From: Candidatus Micrarchaeia archaeon
Lineage (GTDB): Archaea; Micrarchaeota; Micrarchaeia; Burarchaeales; JACRGF01
Direction: 5' to 3'
Length of the DNA stretch: 50,076 nucleotides
Assembly: GCA_038870455.1 (NCBI GenBank)
Contig: JAWCPB010000003.1
Location: forward strand, 1 to 50,076
Below the pieces are notes generated by a model. It was not told the DNA's origin and did no database searches. It saw nothing but the letters and a program-made list of their open reading frames with translations. Positions 16,730-25,120 of this stretch are shown one piece after another. The first letter of the stretch is position 1. Each line of letters starts with the position of its first letter. Position numbers and translations under genes: made by a program.

Positions 16730-17410
16730 ATGGTGAGAAAAGCAAGCATCGAGAGAAAGACGAGGGAAACGAGCATACGGCTGGAGCTCAACCTTGATGG
16801 AAGGGGAAACGCGAGCATAGCCACGGGCATTCGGTTCATGGACCACATGCTCGAGAGCCTCGCGCGTCACGCGCTGTTCGACCTCAGAATAAAGGCCAAG
16901 GGGGACATTGACGTGGATGAGCACCACCTCGTCGAAGACCTGGGCATATGCCTGGGCAAATGCCTAGCCAAGGCGCTCGGCGAGAAGAAGGGAATACGCC
17001 GGTTCGGCAATGCCATAGTTCCGATGGACGAGGCTGTTGCAACTGTGGGCTTGGACGCGAGCGGACGTGGGTATCTCGTGCTAGATTTTGGAAGCGCGCC
17101 CTGGCCCAGAGCGCCGTGGGGCGGCCCCATGACGCTCCCGCTCTACAAACCGACGGCTGAAAAGATGATTATTCGAAGGTTGGCGCGGCCGAGGGGAGTG
17201 AGAGTCGGCGACGTCGCGGTCGAGAACATAGAGCACTTCCTCGACACCCTGGCCAGAAACGCTGGACTCAACATAAACGCGAGAGTCGAAGGAAAAAACG
17301 CCCACCACATGGCCGAGGCGCTGTTCAAGGCGCTCGCGCTTTCCCTCCGCGAGGCTGTGCGAGTGGAGGGGGAGGACATTCCGAGCACGAAAGGGAGGTT
17401 GGGTGATTGA
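16730..17410 (+). CDS. hisB: Imidazoleglycerol-phosphate dehydratase (monofunctional), with an internal insertion of ~30 or more aa
   Basis: Contains RKTRETSI, GIRFMDHML, DEHHLVEDLGI, NAHHMAEALFKA and IPSTKG motifs. Extra segment at aa ~121-158. Confidence 0.9.
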   Translation: MVRKASIERKTRETSIRLELNLDGRGNASIATGIRFMDHMLESLARHALFDLRIKAKGDIDVDEHHLVEDLGICLGKCLAKALGEKKGIRRFGNAIVPMDEAVATVGLDASGRGYLVLDFGSAPWPRAPWGGPMTLPLYKPTAEKMIIRRLARPRGVRVGDVAVENIEHFLDTLARNAGLNINARVEGKNAHHMAEALFKALALSLREAVRVEGEDIPSTKGRLGD

Positions 17411-18275
17411 GATGGTGCGCTTGGCCATTCCAAACAAGGGAAGGCTTTTCGAGCCCACGCTCGAGCTGCTGCGCAAAGCCGGAGTGGATATAATAGACTC
17501 CGGCGAGCGCGCGCTGTTCGGAACCACCAGCAACCCAGACATTCAGGCGCTGTTCGTGAGGGCGGACGACATTCCGCGCTACGTTGAGGTGGGTGCGGCC
17601 GATGCGGGCATAACCGGCTATGACCTCATCGAAGAAGAGGCGGCGGACGTGGCGATACTGGCGAGGCTGCCTTACGGGGTATGCAGGCTGTCGCTCGCCG
17701 CGCCTGCCGGGAGCGGGATAAACAACGCGCGGGACTTGCAGGGAAAGAGGGTGGCGACAAAGTACGTGCAGAGCGCCAAGAGGTTCCTGCAAAAAAAGGG
17801 CGTGAGGTGCGAGGTCATCGAAATAGCCGGCGCTGCCGAGATAGCGCCCTTCCTCGGCATCAGCGACGCGATAATAGACCTGGTGAGCACAGGCACGACA
17901 CTCGCTGTGCACAAGATGAAGGAAGTCGAGGTGCTGCTGGAGAGCAGCGCGTGCTTTGTGGCAAACAAGAAGAGTTTAAAGGAGGCGAGGAAAGCGGAGT
18001 TGCTCAAAGAGCTCGCGCTGTCATTCGAGGGAAGCAGGCTCGCCGAAAGCAGGAGGTACCTCATGGTCAACGCCCCGAGCCAGGCGGTGCTCGACAAGGT
18101 GGTGAGGATAATACCGAGCATGGAGTCGCCCACAGTGCTCAAGCTCGCCAGGGAAGGCGAGTACGCGGTGCACGCCGTGGTGGAGGAAAAACGGGTTCCT
18201 GCTGTGATAAGGAGGCTCAAGGAAGCCGGCGCCAAAGACATCCTCGTGCTGCACATGGAGAGGGTAGTGCCGTAA
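17403..18275 (+). CDS. hisG: ATP phosphoribosyltransferase, long form with C-terminal regulatory domain
   Basis: Contains LAIPNKGRL and DLVSTGTTL. The C-terminal HisG_C domain is YLMVNAP...AVHAVVEE...LKEAGAKDILVL. Confidence 0.9.
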   Translation: MIEMVRLAIPNKGRLFEPTLELLRKAGVDIIDSGERALFGTTSNPDIQALFVRADDIPRYVEVGAADAGITGYDLIEEEAADVAILARLPYGVCRLSLAAPAGSGINNARDLQGKRVATKYVQSAKRFLQKKGVRCEVIEIAGAAEIAPFLGISDAIIDLVSTGTTLAVHKMKEVEVLLESSACFVANKKSLKEARKAELLKELALSFEGSRLAESRRYLMVNAPSQAVLDKVVRIIPSMESPTVLKLAREGEYAVHAVVEEKRVPAVIRRLKEAGAKDILVLHMERVVP

Positions 18276-18284
18276 AGGGAGAGC

Positions 18285-18887
18285 ATGCCCCCCACCATCG
18301 CCCTCGTCGATTATGGTGCAGGAAACCTGCTCAGCATAGCGAATGCTGTGAAAAGGGTTGGAGGAAAGGCGAGGCTGGCCCGCGGCGCGAGCGGGCTCGG
18401 CAAATGCGATGCGCTCATACTCCCTGGGGTGGGGAGTTTCGCGCTTGTGAAAAGGCTTGCCGGAATGCGCGGGGAATTGCTGAAGCAAGTCGAGAGCGGC
18501 AAGCCCTACCTCGGAATCTGCCTGGGGATGCAGGTCCTGTTCGAGCAGAGCGAGGAGGCGCGGGGAATGGGATTCGCGGTGTTCGAGGGAAGAGTGGAGA
18601 GGCTGCCGCGCGGAGTCAAGATGCCGCACATCGGCTGGAACCAAGTCGAGAAAACAGGCTCATGCGCGCTGTTCAAGGGCATTCCGGACAATTCATTTTT
18701 CTACTTCGACCACTCGTACTATGCGAAGCCGAAGGACAAGAGCATCGTCGTTGGGAGAACGGGCTATGGGGTCAGGTTTGCCTCCGCCATTGCCTGCAAA
18801 AACGTTTTCGGCGTGCAGTTCCACCCTGAGAGAAGCGGGGTAGTGGGGCTGCGCGTGATGAAAAACTTCATCGAGCTGGCGAGATGA
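18285..18887 (+). CDS. hisH: Imidazole glycerol phosphate synthase, glutaminase subunit
   Basis: Class I amidotransferase: ILPGVGSF, GICLGMQ, VQFHPERS. Confidence 0.9.
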   Translation: MPPTIALVDYGAGNLLSIANAVKRVGGKARLARGASGLGKCDALILPGVGSFALVKRLAGMRGELLKQVESGKPYLGICLGMQVLFEQSEEARGMGFAVFEGRVERLPRGVKMPHIGWNQVEKTGSCALFKGIPDNSFFYFDHSYYAKPKDKSIVVGRTGYGVRFASAIACKNVFGVQFHPERSGVVGLRVMKNFIELAR

Positions 18888-18891
18888 AAAA

Positions 18892-19614
18892 ATGATCGTC
18901 ATACCCGCGGTAGACATTCTGGAAGGAAAATGCGTGAGGCTCGCTGGCGGGGACTTTGGCCGAAGCGAGGTTTTCCTCGACGACCCTGTCATGGCGGCGA
19001 AAGGCTGGGCGAGGCAGGGAGCCGAGCTCCTGCACGTGGTTGATCTGGACGGCGCGAGAAGCGGCCGCATGGCGAACTACGAGATCGTGAAAAGAATTGC
19101 CCAAGAGGCCGGCGTTCCCGTGCAGGTCGGGGGAGGGATAAGGAGCGGCGAGGATGCGAGGAGAATACTCGGGCTGGGGGACGATGTGAGAGTGGTTCTC
19201 GGAACCGCCGCGATAGAAAAGCCCGGCCTTGCGAGCGAGCTTGCGGGCGAGTTCGGCGGCGACAGGGTGGTCATCGCGCTGGACTGCCGGGGCGGCGAAG
19301 TCGTGCTCAGGGGATGGCTGGCGAGCGCGAGCATCGGGCTGACTGATGCGCTTCGGAAGTTTGAGCCGGAATGGGGGGCGGGTTTCCTGCTGGTCACGGC
19401 GGTTGAGAGGGACGGGATGCTCGGCGGGCCCGATGCAGGACTGGTGGAGGAAGTTGCCAGGGCAACAAAAATGAAAGTCATTGCGAGCGGTGGCATAACA
19501 AGGCTTGAGGATGTCGTGGCGGTAAAGCAGACGGGCGCGTGGGGGTGCATCATAGGCAAGGCGCTTTACAAGGGGCTGCTGCGCTTCCGCGACGTGGCCG
19601 CGGCGGCGAGGTAG
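18892..19614 (+). CDS. hisA: ProFAR isomerase
   Basis: Contains IIPAVDILEGKCVRL, LHVVDLDGA, VQVGGGIRS and ASGGI. Confidence 0.9.
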   Translation: MIVIPAVDILEGKCVRLAGGDFGRSEVFLDDPVMAAKGWARQGAELLHVVDLDGARSGRMANYEIVKRIAQEAGVPVQVGGGIRSGEDARRILGLGDDVRVVLGTAAIEKPGLASELAGEFGGDRVVIALDCRGGEVVLRGWLASASIGLTDALRKFEPEWGAGFLLVTAVERDGMLGGPDAGLVEEVARATKMKVIASGGITRLEDVVAVKQTGAWGCIIGKALYKGLLRFRDVAAAAR

Positions 19615-19617
19615 AAC

Positions 19618-20427
19618 ATGCTGGCAAAAAGAATCATTCCCTGCCTCGACTGCGACCTTTCGGTTCCACAGGGCAGGGTGGTCAAGGGCGTGCGGTTCAA
19701 GCAAATCAGGTACGCGGGCGTTCCGTGGGAGCTCGCAGCAAAGTACAGTAGGCAGGGCGCGGACGAAATCGTTTTCCTCGACATCACCGCGAGCGCGGAG
19801 AAGCGGGAGACGATGGTCGAGGTCATCAGGAGGACGTGCGAGGAGGTTTTCGTTCCGCTCACTGTGGGCGGAGGGATAAGGAACGTTGAGGATGCCTCCA
19901 GGGTGTTCCGCGCAGGCGCGGACAAGGTGAGCATAAACACCGCCGCGATAAGGAGGCCGCGGCTCATCACCGAGATAAGCGCGCACTTCGGCGCGCAGGC
20001 GTGCGTGCTGGCGATAGACTGCACGAGGAGAAAAAGTGGGAGAGGAAAAAGGTGGGTAGAAACAAGCGAGGGAAAGGTCTGGTTTGAATGCTCGATTTAC
20101 GGGGGAAGGCAATTCACTGGCATCGATGCGCTCGCTTGGGCAGAAAGAGGCGCCGAGCTGGGCGCCGGCGAGATTCTGCTCACGAGCATGGACAGGGACG
20201 GAACCAACTTGGGGTACGACATTGAGCTCACGAGGGCGGTCAGCGAGGCGGTTGGCATTCCCGTGATCGCGAGCGGCGGGCTGGGGAGGGCGGAGCACGC
20301 GCTCGAAGTGCTCACGAGGGGAAAGGCGGACGCCGCGCTGCTGGCGGGACAGCTGCACTTCGGAAGGCTGAGCATCAGGGAGATAAAACAGTTGCTTGCA
20401 AAAAACAACGTGCCGGTGAGGCTGTGA
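19618..20427 (+). CDS. hisF: Imidazole glycerol phosphate synthase, cyclase subunit
   Basis: Contains [40 protein letters not shown] and IASGG. Confidence 0.9.
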   Translation: MLAKRIIPCLDCDLSVPQGRVVKGVRFKQIRYAGVPWELAAKYSRQGADEIVFLDITASAEKRETMVEVIRRTCEEVFVPLTVGGGIRNVEDASRVFRAGADKVSINTAAIRRPRLITEISAHFGAQACVLAIDCTRRKSGRGKRWVETSEGKVWFECSIYGGRQFTGIDALAWAERGAELGAGEILLTSMDRDGTNLGYDIELTRAVSEAVGIPVIASGGLGRAEHALEVLTRGKADAALLAGQLHFGRLSIREIKQLLAKNNVPVRL

Positions 20428-21038
20428 AACTGAACAGAAAAGAGGCAGAAAAGTTCGCCCGCTCGCTCGACTACCGCAAGGGAGGCGGGCTCGTGGCCGC
20501 AATCGCCCAGAGCGAGGAGGGCGAGGTGCTCATGCAGGCCTTCCAGAACCGCGAGGCTGTGGCGAGGACGCTAGAAAGCGGGAAAATGCACTACTACTCG
20601 AGGGAAATGGCGAGGCTGTGGAGGAAAGGCGAGGAAAGCGGCAACGAGCAGACGCTGCTCGCATTCTACCCGGACTGCGACCGCGATGCCGTGCTGTACG
20701 TGGTCAGTCAGAAGGGAGTGGCCTGCCACACGGGCGCGCGCACGTGCTTCCGCCAGCCCGCCAGGTTCGGGCTGAGGCAGCTGTTCAGGGTAATACAGGA
20801 AAGAAAGAAAAAAGCGCCGGCCGGCTCCTACACGAGAAAGCTGCTGCGGAACAAGCGGCTCGCACTGGCCAAGCTCAGGGAAGAGGCGGAGGAATTTGCC
20901 GAAGCCGTTGAGAGGAAAGGAAAGCGGGCTGTTGTATGGGAGGCGGCGGACCTTGCCTATCACGTTCTTGTCGGCTTGGCCTCAAGGGGGCTGTCGCTGG
21001 AGGACGTGGAAAAAGAGCTTGCGAGGAGGAGGAAGTAG
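20424..21038 (+). CDS. hisI: Bifunctional phosphoribosyl-AMP cyclohydrolase / phosphoribosyl-ATP pyrophosphatase
   Basis: The N-terminal half is HisI (LVAAIAQ...[20 protein letters not shown]...DCDRDAVLY...[10 protein letters not shown]). The C-terminal half is HisE (SYTRKLL...[12 protein letters not shown]...[11 protein letters not shown]). GTGA overlap with hisF. Confidence 0.9.
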   Translation: MKLNRKEAEKFARSLDYRKGGGLVAAIAQSEEGEVLMQAFQNREAVARTLESGKMHYYSREMARLWRKGEESGNEQTLLAFYPDCDRDAVLYVVSQKGVACHTGARTCFRQPARFGLRQLFRVIQERKKKAPAGSYTRKLLRNKRLALAKLREEAEEFAEAVERKGKRAVVWEAADLAYHVLVGLASRGLSLEDVEKELARRRK

Positions 21039-21040
21039 GG

Positions 21041-21053
21041 ATTTAATTAATTT
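21041..21053 (+). promoter_or_regulatory. Putative TATA box (atttaattaattt)
   Basis: A/T island 18-30 nt upstream of ATG 21071. Confidence 0.4.
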
Positions 21054-21070
21054 GAATGAGAAACGATGAC

Positions 21071-21229
21071 ATGCCGATAACGAGCGACGACATGATAAAG
21101 AACTGCGCGGCGTGCTTTCAGGAAAAAGGGTGGGCGGTGAGGCTCGAGGCCGACGGGCCTTTCTTCGTGTGCCCGCGCGACAAGAGCCACAGGTACGTCA
21201 TACACCGGGGGTATTTGAGGAGAGTGTGA
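21071..21229 (+). CDS. Small (52 aa) putative zinc-ribbon protein; not in the ORF track because it is under 60 aa
   Basis: Own translation: MPITSDDMIKNCAACFQEKGWAVRLEADGPFFVCPRDKSHRYVIHRGYLRRV. C12xxC15...C34...H40 form a knuckle. Its TGA overlaps the next ATG (TGATG). Confidence 0.4.
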   Translation: MPITSDDMIKNCAACFQEKGWAVRLEADGPFFVCPRDKSHRYVIHRGYLRRV

Positions 21230-21726
21230 TGGCAACAGATGTAAAGAGGGACATACAGAAGCTCACTGACGAGACCATTGCGGAAGGCGGGGTGCTGGCG
21301 CTCCTCTACTTTGACGTGCACGGCGCGAGCGCAGAGGAGGTGAGGAACAAGATGGTCGAGTTCGTTTCGCGCATAAACATGGAACCTGGCGTGGTCACCT
21401 GCTACGGGGAGATAAAGGAGCCCATCCAGAGCGAGGACATGTATTCGACTGCCGCTGAAGTGAAGGTACTCACCAAGGACTTCAACACGCTGCTCACGCT
21501 CGGCATGCGTTACGGACCCATCAGCGCGGAAATCCTCAGGCCTGAAGTGCTCAAGATCAGGATGGGAGAGGCGGCGACGATGATCACGAACGTGGCAAAC
21601 ACGAGCCACCAGTTCTCCACGTTCATACTCAACAGAGTGCTTTCGAAGGAAGAGCTCGCCAAGTTCCAGAAGACGATGAAGCAGAGGGAAGAGATCGGCA
21701 AGAAGCTGATTGAAGAAAAAAAGTGA
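21229..21726 (+). CDS. Hypothetical 165-aa protein upstream of the KaiC-like ATPase
   Basis: ATG 21229 is preferred over track start 21112, whose extension is Arg-rich and overlaps the Zn-ribbon ORF out of frame. Codon usage is good. No domain recognised. Confidence 0.55.
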   Translation: MATDVKRDIQKLTDETIAEGGVLALLYFDVHGASAEEVRNKMVEFVSRINMEPGVVTCYGEIKEPIQSEDMYSTAAEVKVLTKDFNTLLTLGMRYGPISAEILRPEVLKIRMGEAATMITNVANTSHQFSTFILNRVLSKEELAKFQKTMKQREEIGKKLIEEKK

Positions 21727-22460
21727 TGGGCGTGTTCCCGAGAATCAGGATAAGCAAGGTGGAGAAGGCCAAGACGGGCATCCCTGGCCTCGACGAGCTC
21801 ATTGAGGGCGGAATCAACCGGGGCAGCGTCGTCAGCGTGACGGGCGAGACGGGCACTGGCAAGACCACTTTTGCCACGCAGTTCCTGTACAAGGGCGCGG
21901 CGGAATACGGCGAGCCGGGGCTGTTCATCTCGTTTGAAGAAAGCAAGGGAATCCTGTACAGGAACATGGCGCGCTTCGGCTGGGACCTTGACGAGCTCGA
22001 GAGAAAGAGGAAGTTCGTGTTCATCGAATACCCGCTGACCGAAGTCGAGCAGTTCGCCGCGCAGGAGAACGTCATCAGGAATCTGGTGGATACCATTGGG
22101 GTGGAGCGCATCGCAATCGATTCCATTTCCGCGCTCGCGCTCACGTGGGAAAGCGAGAAGGACAGGAGGCAGGGGCTGTTGAAGATAATGGACAGGCTCA
22201 GGAAATGGGGCTGCACGAGCATCGTAACGGCGGAGAGCGAGGGGGAGGTGGCCACGGGCACGCCCAGGACAAAGCACGGCGCGGAGTGGCTCAGCGATGG
22301 CCTCATTCACCTTTACAACATAAGAAAGGGGAACTACAGGGAGAGAGCGCTCGAAGTCGTCAAGCTCCGCGGGGTGAGCCACGAGTGCAAGATAATTCCG
22401 ATGAGCTTTACTTCCAAGGGCCTCGCGCTGCACCCCACGAAACTGTTTTACAGCGAGTGA
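21726..22460 (+). CDS. Single-domain KaiC/RecA-superfamily ATPase
   Basis: Contains GIPGLDELIEGGINRGSVVSVTGETGTGKTTFATQFL (Walker A), FISFEE, and IAIDSISAL (Walker B-like). Confidence 0.8.
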   Translation: MGVFPRIRISKVEKAKTGIPGLDELIEGGINRGSVVSVTGETGTGKTTFATQFLYKGAAEYGEPGLFISFEESKGILYRNMARFGWDLDELERKRKFVFIEYPLTEVEQFAAQENVIRNLVDTIGVERIAIDSISALALTWESEKDRRQGLLKIMDRLRKWGCTSIVTAESEGEVATGTPRTKHGAEWLSDGLIHLYNIRKGNYRERALEVVKLRGVSHECKIIPMSFTSKGLALHPTKLFYSE

Positions 22461-22464
22461 GCAC

Positions 22465-23559
22465 ATGCGCATGGACCCTTGGGGAAACGAGCTGCTCGAA
22501 GACTACGAGCACCTGTTCAGCGAGTTCGGCATGCAGAGAGTGGATGACGGCCTGCTCGCGAGGATGAAGAATCCGGGCAGGCTGTTCAGCAGGGGGATAA
22601 TTTTCGGGCACAGGGACTTCGACAAGTGGCTGGCGGACTGGCAGGAGAAAAAGCCCGTGGCCGTGATGAGCGGCATAAAGCCCACGGGAGACTTTCACTT
22701 GGGAAGCAAGCTGACCGCCGAAGAGCTCGTCTTTTTCCAGAAAGAGTTCGGCGCGAAAGTATTCTACTCCATAGCCGACTTGGAGGCGTGGGCGGACAAC
22801 GGCGTACCGCTCGCCCAGAGCCACGCCATCGCGGTGAGCAACGTGGCCGACCTGCTCGCGCTCGGGCTGGACGAGAAGAACGCGTACATCTACAAGCAGA
22901 GCGAGGAGAAGAGGGTGATGAACCTCGCGTACGTGTTTGCGAGGAAAACAACGCACGCCACGCTGGAAGCGCTGTATGGAGAGAGGAACATCGGCCTCTA
23001 CTTTTCAGTGCTCACCCAGGCGGGCGACATCCTGCTGCCCCAGCTGGAGGAGTTCGGCGGGCCCAAGCGGGTGCTCGTGCCTGTCGGCGCTGACCAGGAT
23101 CCGCACATTCGCTTCGCGCGGGACATCGCCCAGAAGTTCAACCCGGAGTACGGCTTTATCGAGCCCGCGGCGACTTTCCACAAGTTCTTCAGGAGCCTCA
23201 GCGGGCAGAGCAAGATGAGCAAGCGCGAGCCCATGGACGTGCTGACGCTCGCGGACGCGCCCGAGCTTGTGAAGGAAAAAATAAGCCGCTGCCTCACCGG
23301 AGGCAGGGCGACCGTGGAGGAGCAGAAGAAGCTGGGCGCGGAGTGGTGGAAGTGCGTGAATTACGAGCTGGCCCTGTTCCACTTCGAGAAAGGGGAAAAA
23401 GAGCTGGCGAGGAGAAGGGAGGCATGCCAGAGCGGCAAGCTGTTGTGCGGGCCGTGCAAAGAGGAGGTCATCGCGCTCGCGCAGAAGCTCGTCAAAGAAC
23501 ACCAGGAGAAGAAAAAGAGGATGATGTCCAAGGCCGCAAAGCTCCTTTCCAGGGCATAG
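22465..23559 (+). CDS. trpS: Tryptophanyl-tRNA synthetase, archaeal type
   Basis: Has the MDPWGNELLEDYEHLFSEFGMQ N-terminus. GIKPTGDFHLGS is the HIGH-like motif. GADQDPHIRFARDIA is present. SKMSKRE is the KMSKS motif. Confidence 0.85.
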   Translation: MRMDPWGNELLEDYEHLFSEFGMQRVDDGLLARMKNPGRLFSRGIIFGHRDFDKWLADWQEKKPVAVMSGIKPTGDFHLGSKLTAEELVFFQKEFGAKVFYSIADLEAWADNGVPLAQSHAIAVSNVADLLALGLDEKNAYIYKQSEEKRVMNLAYVFARKTTHATLEALYGERNIGLYFSVLTQAGDILLPQLEEFGGPKRVLVPVGADQDPHIRFARDIAQKFNPEYGFIEPAATFHKFFRSLSGQSKMSKREPMDVLTLADAPELVKEKISRCLTGGRATVEEQKKLGAEWWKCVNYELALFHFEKGEKELARRREACQSGKLLCGPCKEEVIALAQKLVKEHQEKKKRMMSKAAKLLSRA

Positions 23560-24532
23560 CGCGCGCAATTCTTGGAACGAAAGCCATTTCCATGGCCTGC
23601 GCGACCATGTCGGGCCGGGCGGCGAGGCCTCCTGAAATCCTTCCCAAAACCCCCTCCCGCCTGCCGATGTGTTTTTCGCCGGTCATCTTCTCAAACGCCT
23701 CGCTCAAGTCCATCCCTTTTTTTGCGAGCCCCGCCAACTCCCCCGGAATCTCGAAGCCCATGCTGCACCCGAAGGAGGAGGTCCTGCCATCGAACACACA
23801 GCACCACAGCAAGTCGTAGAGCCTGCCGCCAAAACGGAAGAGCCCGCTCTCCAGCCCGATGCCGTAATCGCAGCCCCTCGTCCTTGCGAAAGCAAGCCGC
23901 GCGCGCTCTTCCGCCCAGGCAATCGTCTGTTTTCCAAAAGGCTGTTTGGGGGCGTTTTTTTTCACAGGAACGGTGGAAACGCGCAGCGGAATTTTCCCGA
24001 AGATTTTTTCTGCGGTTGGTTGAATCGGCTTGAGCTTGGCGGGATTGCTCGTGCCGACCGCGAGCAGCAGAGGCGTGATGCGCTTTCCATTCAGGTCGAT
24101 TTTTCCCTGCCTTATCCTCTCGCAGGAAATGGGCTGGAGGTCCTGGGCGAAAATGGTCGGGATGATGATGAGGCGCAGGGGCTTGAGCCTTCTGCGCCTG
24201 CGAATCGCGTTGATGCGCTGTGCTGCTGGTTTTGTTTCCTCGCTCGCCACGAGCGCGTCGAGCCCCCTCATCGAGGCGGCCGGTTCAGTCGCAGACTCGA
24301 GCCGGAACACCTCGCACTTTCCGTTCCTGTGGGCGAGAAGGGCGGAGAGAAGCCGCTTTCTTTCCTCGAAGGGCGCGACGCTGGCGTGCCTGCGCTTTTT
24401 CGCGAACTCATCCGAGCTCAGCCCTATCAGCACGCGTCGTCCGCTCGCCAGCGCGGCCGCCAGCAACCTAGCGTGGCCCCTGTGAAGACAGTCGAAAGTC
24501 CCGGCGACCAGCACGGTGCCAAAGGGCTTCAT
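23492..24532 (-). CDS. Fusion protein: archaeal phosphopantetheine adenylyltransferase (N-terminal) plus YjjX/DUF84-type ITP/XTP NTPase (C-terminal)
   Basis: N-terminal part: VLVAGTFDCLHRGHARLL...GLSSDEFA...DALVASEETKPAAQRINAIRRRRRLKPL...ISCERIRQGKID. C-terminal part: LLAVGTSNPAKL...PKQPFGKQTI..A..RA...CDYGIGLESGL...WCCVFDG...EIPGEL. ATG 24532 is preferred over GTG 24547. Confidence 0.75.
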   Translation of the reverse strand: MKPFGTVLVAGTFDCLHRGHARLLAAALASGRRVLIGLSSDEFAKKRRHASVAPFEERKRLLSALLAHRNGKCEVFRLESATEPAASMRGLDALVASEETKPAAQRINAIRRRRRLKPLRLIIIPTIFAQDLQPISCERIRQGKIDLNGKRITPLLLAVGTSNPAKLKPIQPTAEKIFGKIPLRVSTVPVKKNAPKQPFGKQTIAWAEERARLAFARTRGCDYGIGLESGLFRFGGRLYDLLWCCVFDGRTSSFGCSMGFEIPGELAGLAKKGMDLSEAFEKMTGEKHIGRREGVLGRISGGLAARPDMVAQAMEMAFVPRIARAMPWKGALRPWTSSSFSSPGVL

Positions 24533-24543
24533 CCAATCTCCCT

Positions 24544-25119
24544 TCACCTGTAGTGCTCGATGAAGTTTTCGAGAATCTGCTTGCCCGCCTTTGTGAGCAC
24601 GCTCTCTGGGTGGAACTGCACGCCCTCAATCGGGGAATTCCTGTGGCGCACGGCCATGACGGTTCCGCGCTCGTCCGGGCTGAGCTCCGTGGCGCTGACC
24701 TCAAGGGGAGGCCTGACGTCCTCGACAACGAGCGAATGGTAGCGCGTTGCCGGAAAAGGATTGGGGATGCCCTTGAAAATTGTCTTGCCGTCGTGCTGGA
24801 TGGAGCCGAGCTTGCCGTGCATTATTTTTTTTGCGCGCACTACTTTTGCTCCGAAGGCTAAGCCGATGGCCTGGTGGCCAAGGCAGACTCCAAAAATGGG
24901 GGTGCGCGCGCCAAACTCCTGAATGACCGGAACGAAGTTTGCGTCCTCGGGCCTGCCGGGCCCGGGCGACAGCACGATGTAGTCCGGATCGAAGGAGTGG
25001 ATGTCCTGAAGGGAAAATGCGTTGCACCTCGCAACCTTGAGGGACGCGCCCATCGCCCCCAGGTACTGGTAGAGCATATACACGAAAGAGTCGAACGCGT
25101 CGATGACGAAAACTTTCAT
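24544..25119 (-). CDS. trpG: Glutamine amidotransferase, anthranilate/aminodeoxychorismate synthase component II
   Basis: Contains MKVFVIDAFDSFVYMLYQYL, LSPGPGRP, GVCLGHQAI and VQFHPES. Confidence 0.85.
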   Translation of the reverse strand: MKVFVIDAFDSFVYMLYQYLGAMGASLKVARCNAFSLQDIHSFDPDYIVLSPGPGRPEDANFVPVIQEFGARTPIFGVCLGHQAIGLAFGAKVVRAKKIMHGKLGSIQHDGKTIFKGIPNPFPATRYHSLVVEDVRPPLEVSATELSPDERGTVMAVRHRNSPIEGVQFHPESVLTKAGKQILENFIEHYR

Positions 25120-25120
25120 G

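Noticed and set aside
13094-20502. Long minus-strand ORFs across the his operon (13094..14428, 14617..15864, 15656..16927, 17325..17912, 18868..20502) and the out-of-frame plus-strand ORF 17681..18829.
   Set aside because: All overlap unmistakable his genes and have Arg/Pro-rich shadow-frame composition. They are GC-driven open frames, not genes.
21726-22460. The KaiC-like ATPase as ArlH (archaellum regulator).
   Set aside because: The size fits, but there are no archaellin or arl genes nearby and it is not linked to either filament ATPase operon. It is left as a generic KaiC/RecA-family ATPase.
23492-23559. 68-bp convergent overlap of trpS with the PPAT-NTPase gene, and a 61-bp overlap of DUF357 with aroA at 26829-26889, as antisense regulatory features.
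   Set aside because: In both cases the overlapping C-terminal tails lie beyond the conserved domains and simply run to the first stop in GC-rich sequence. This is most likely incidental.
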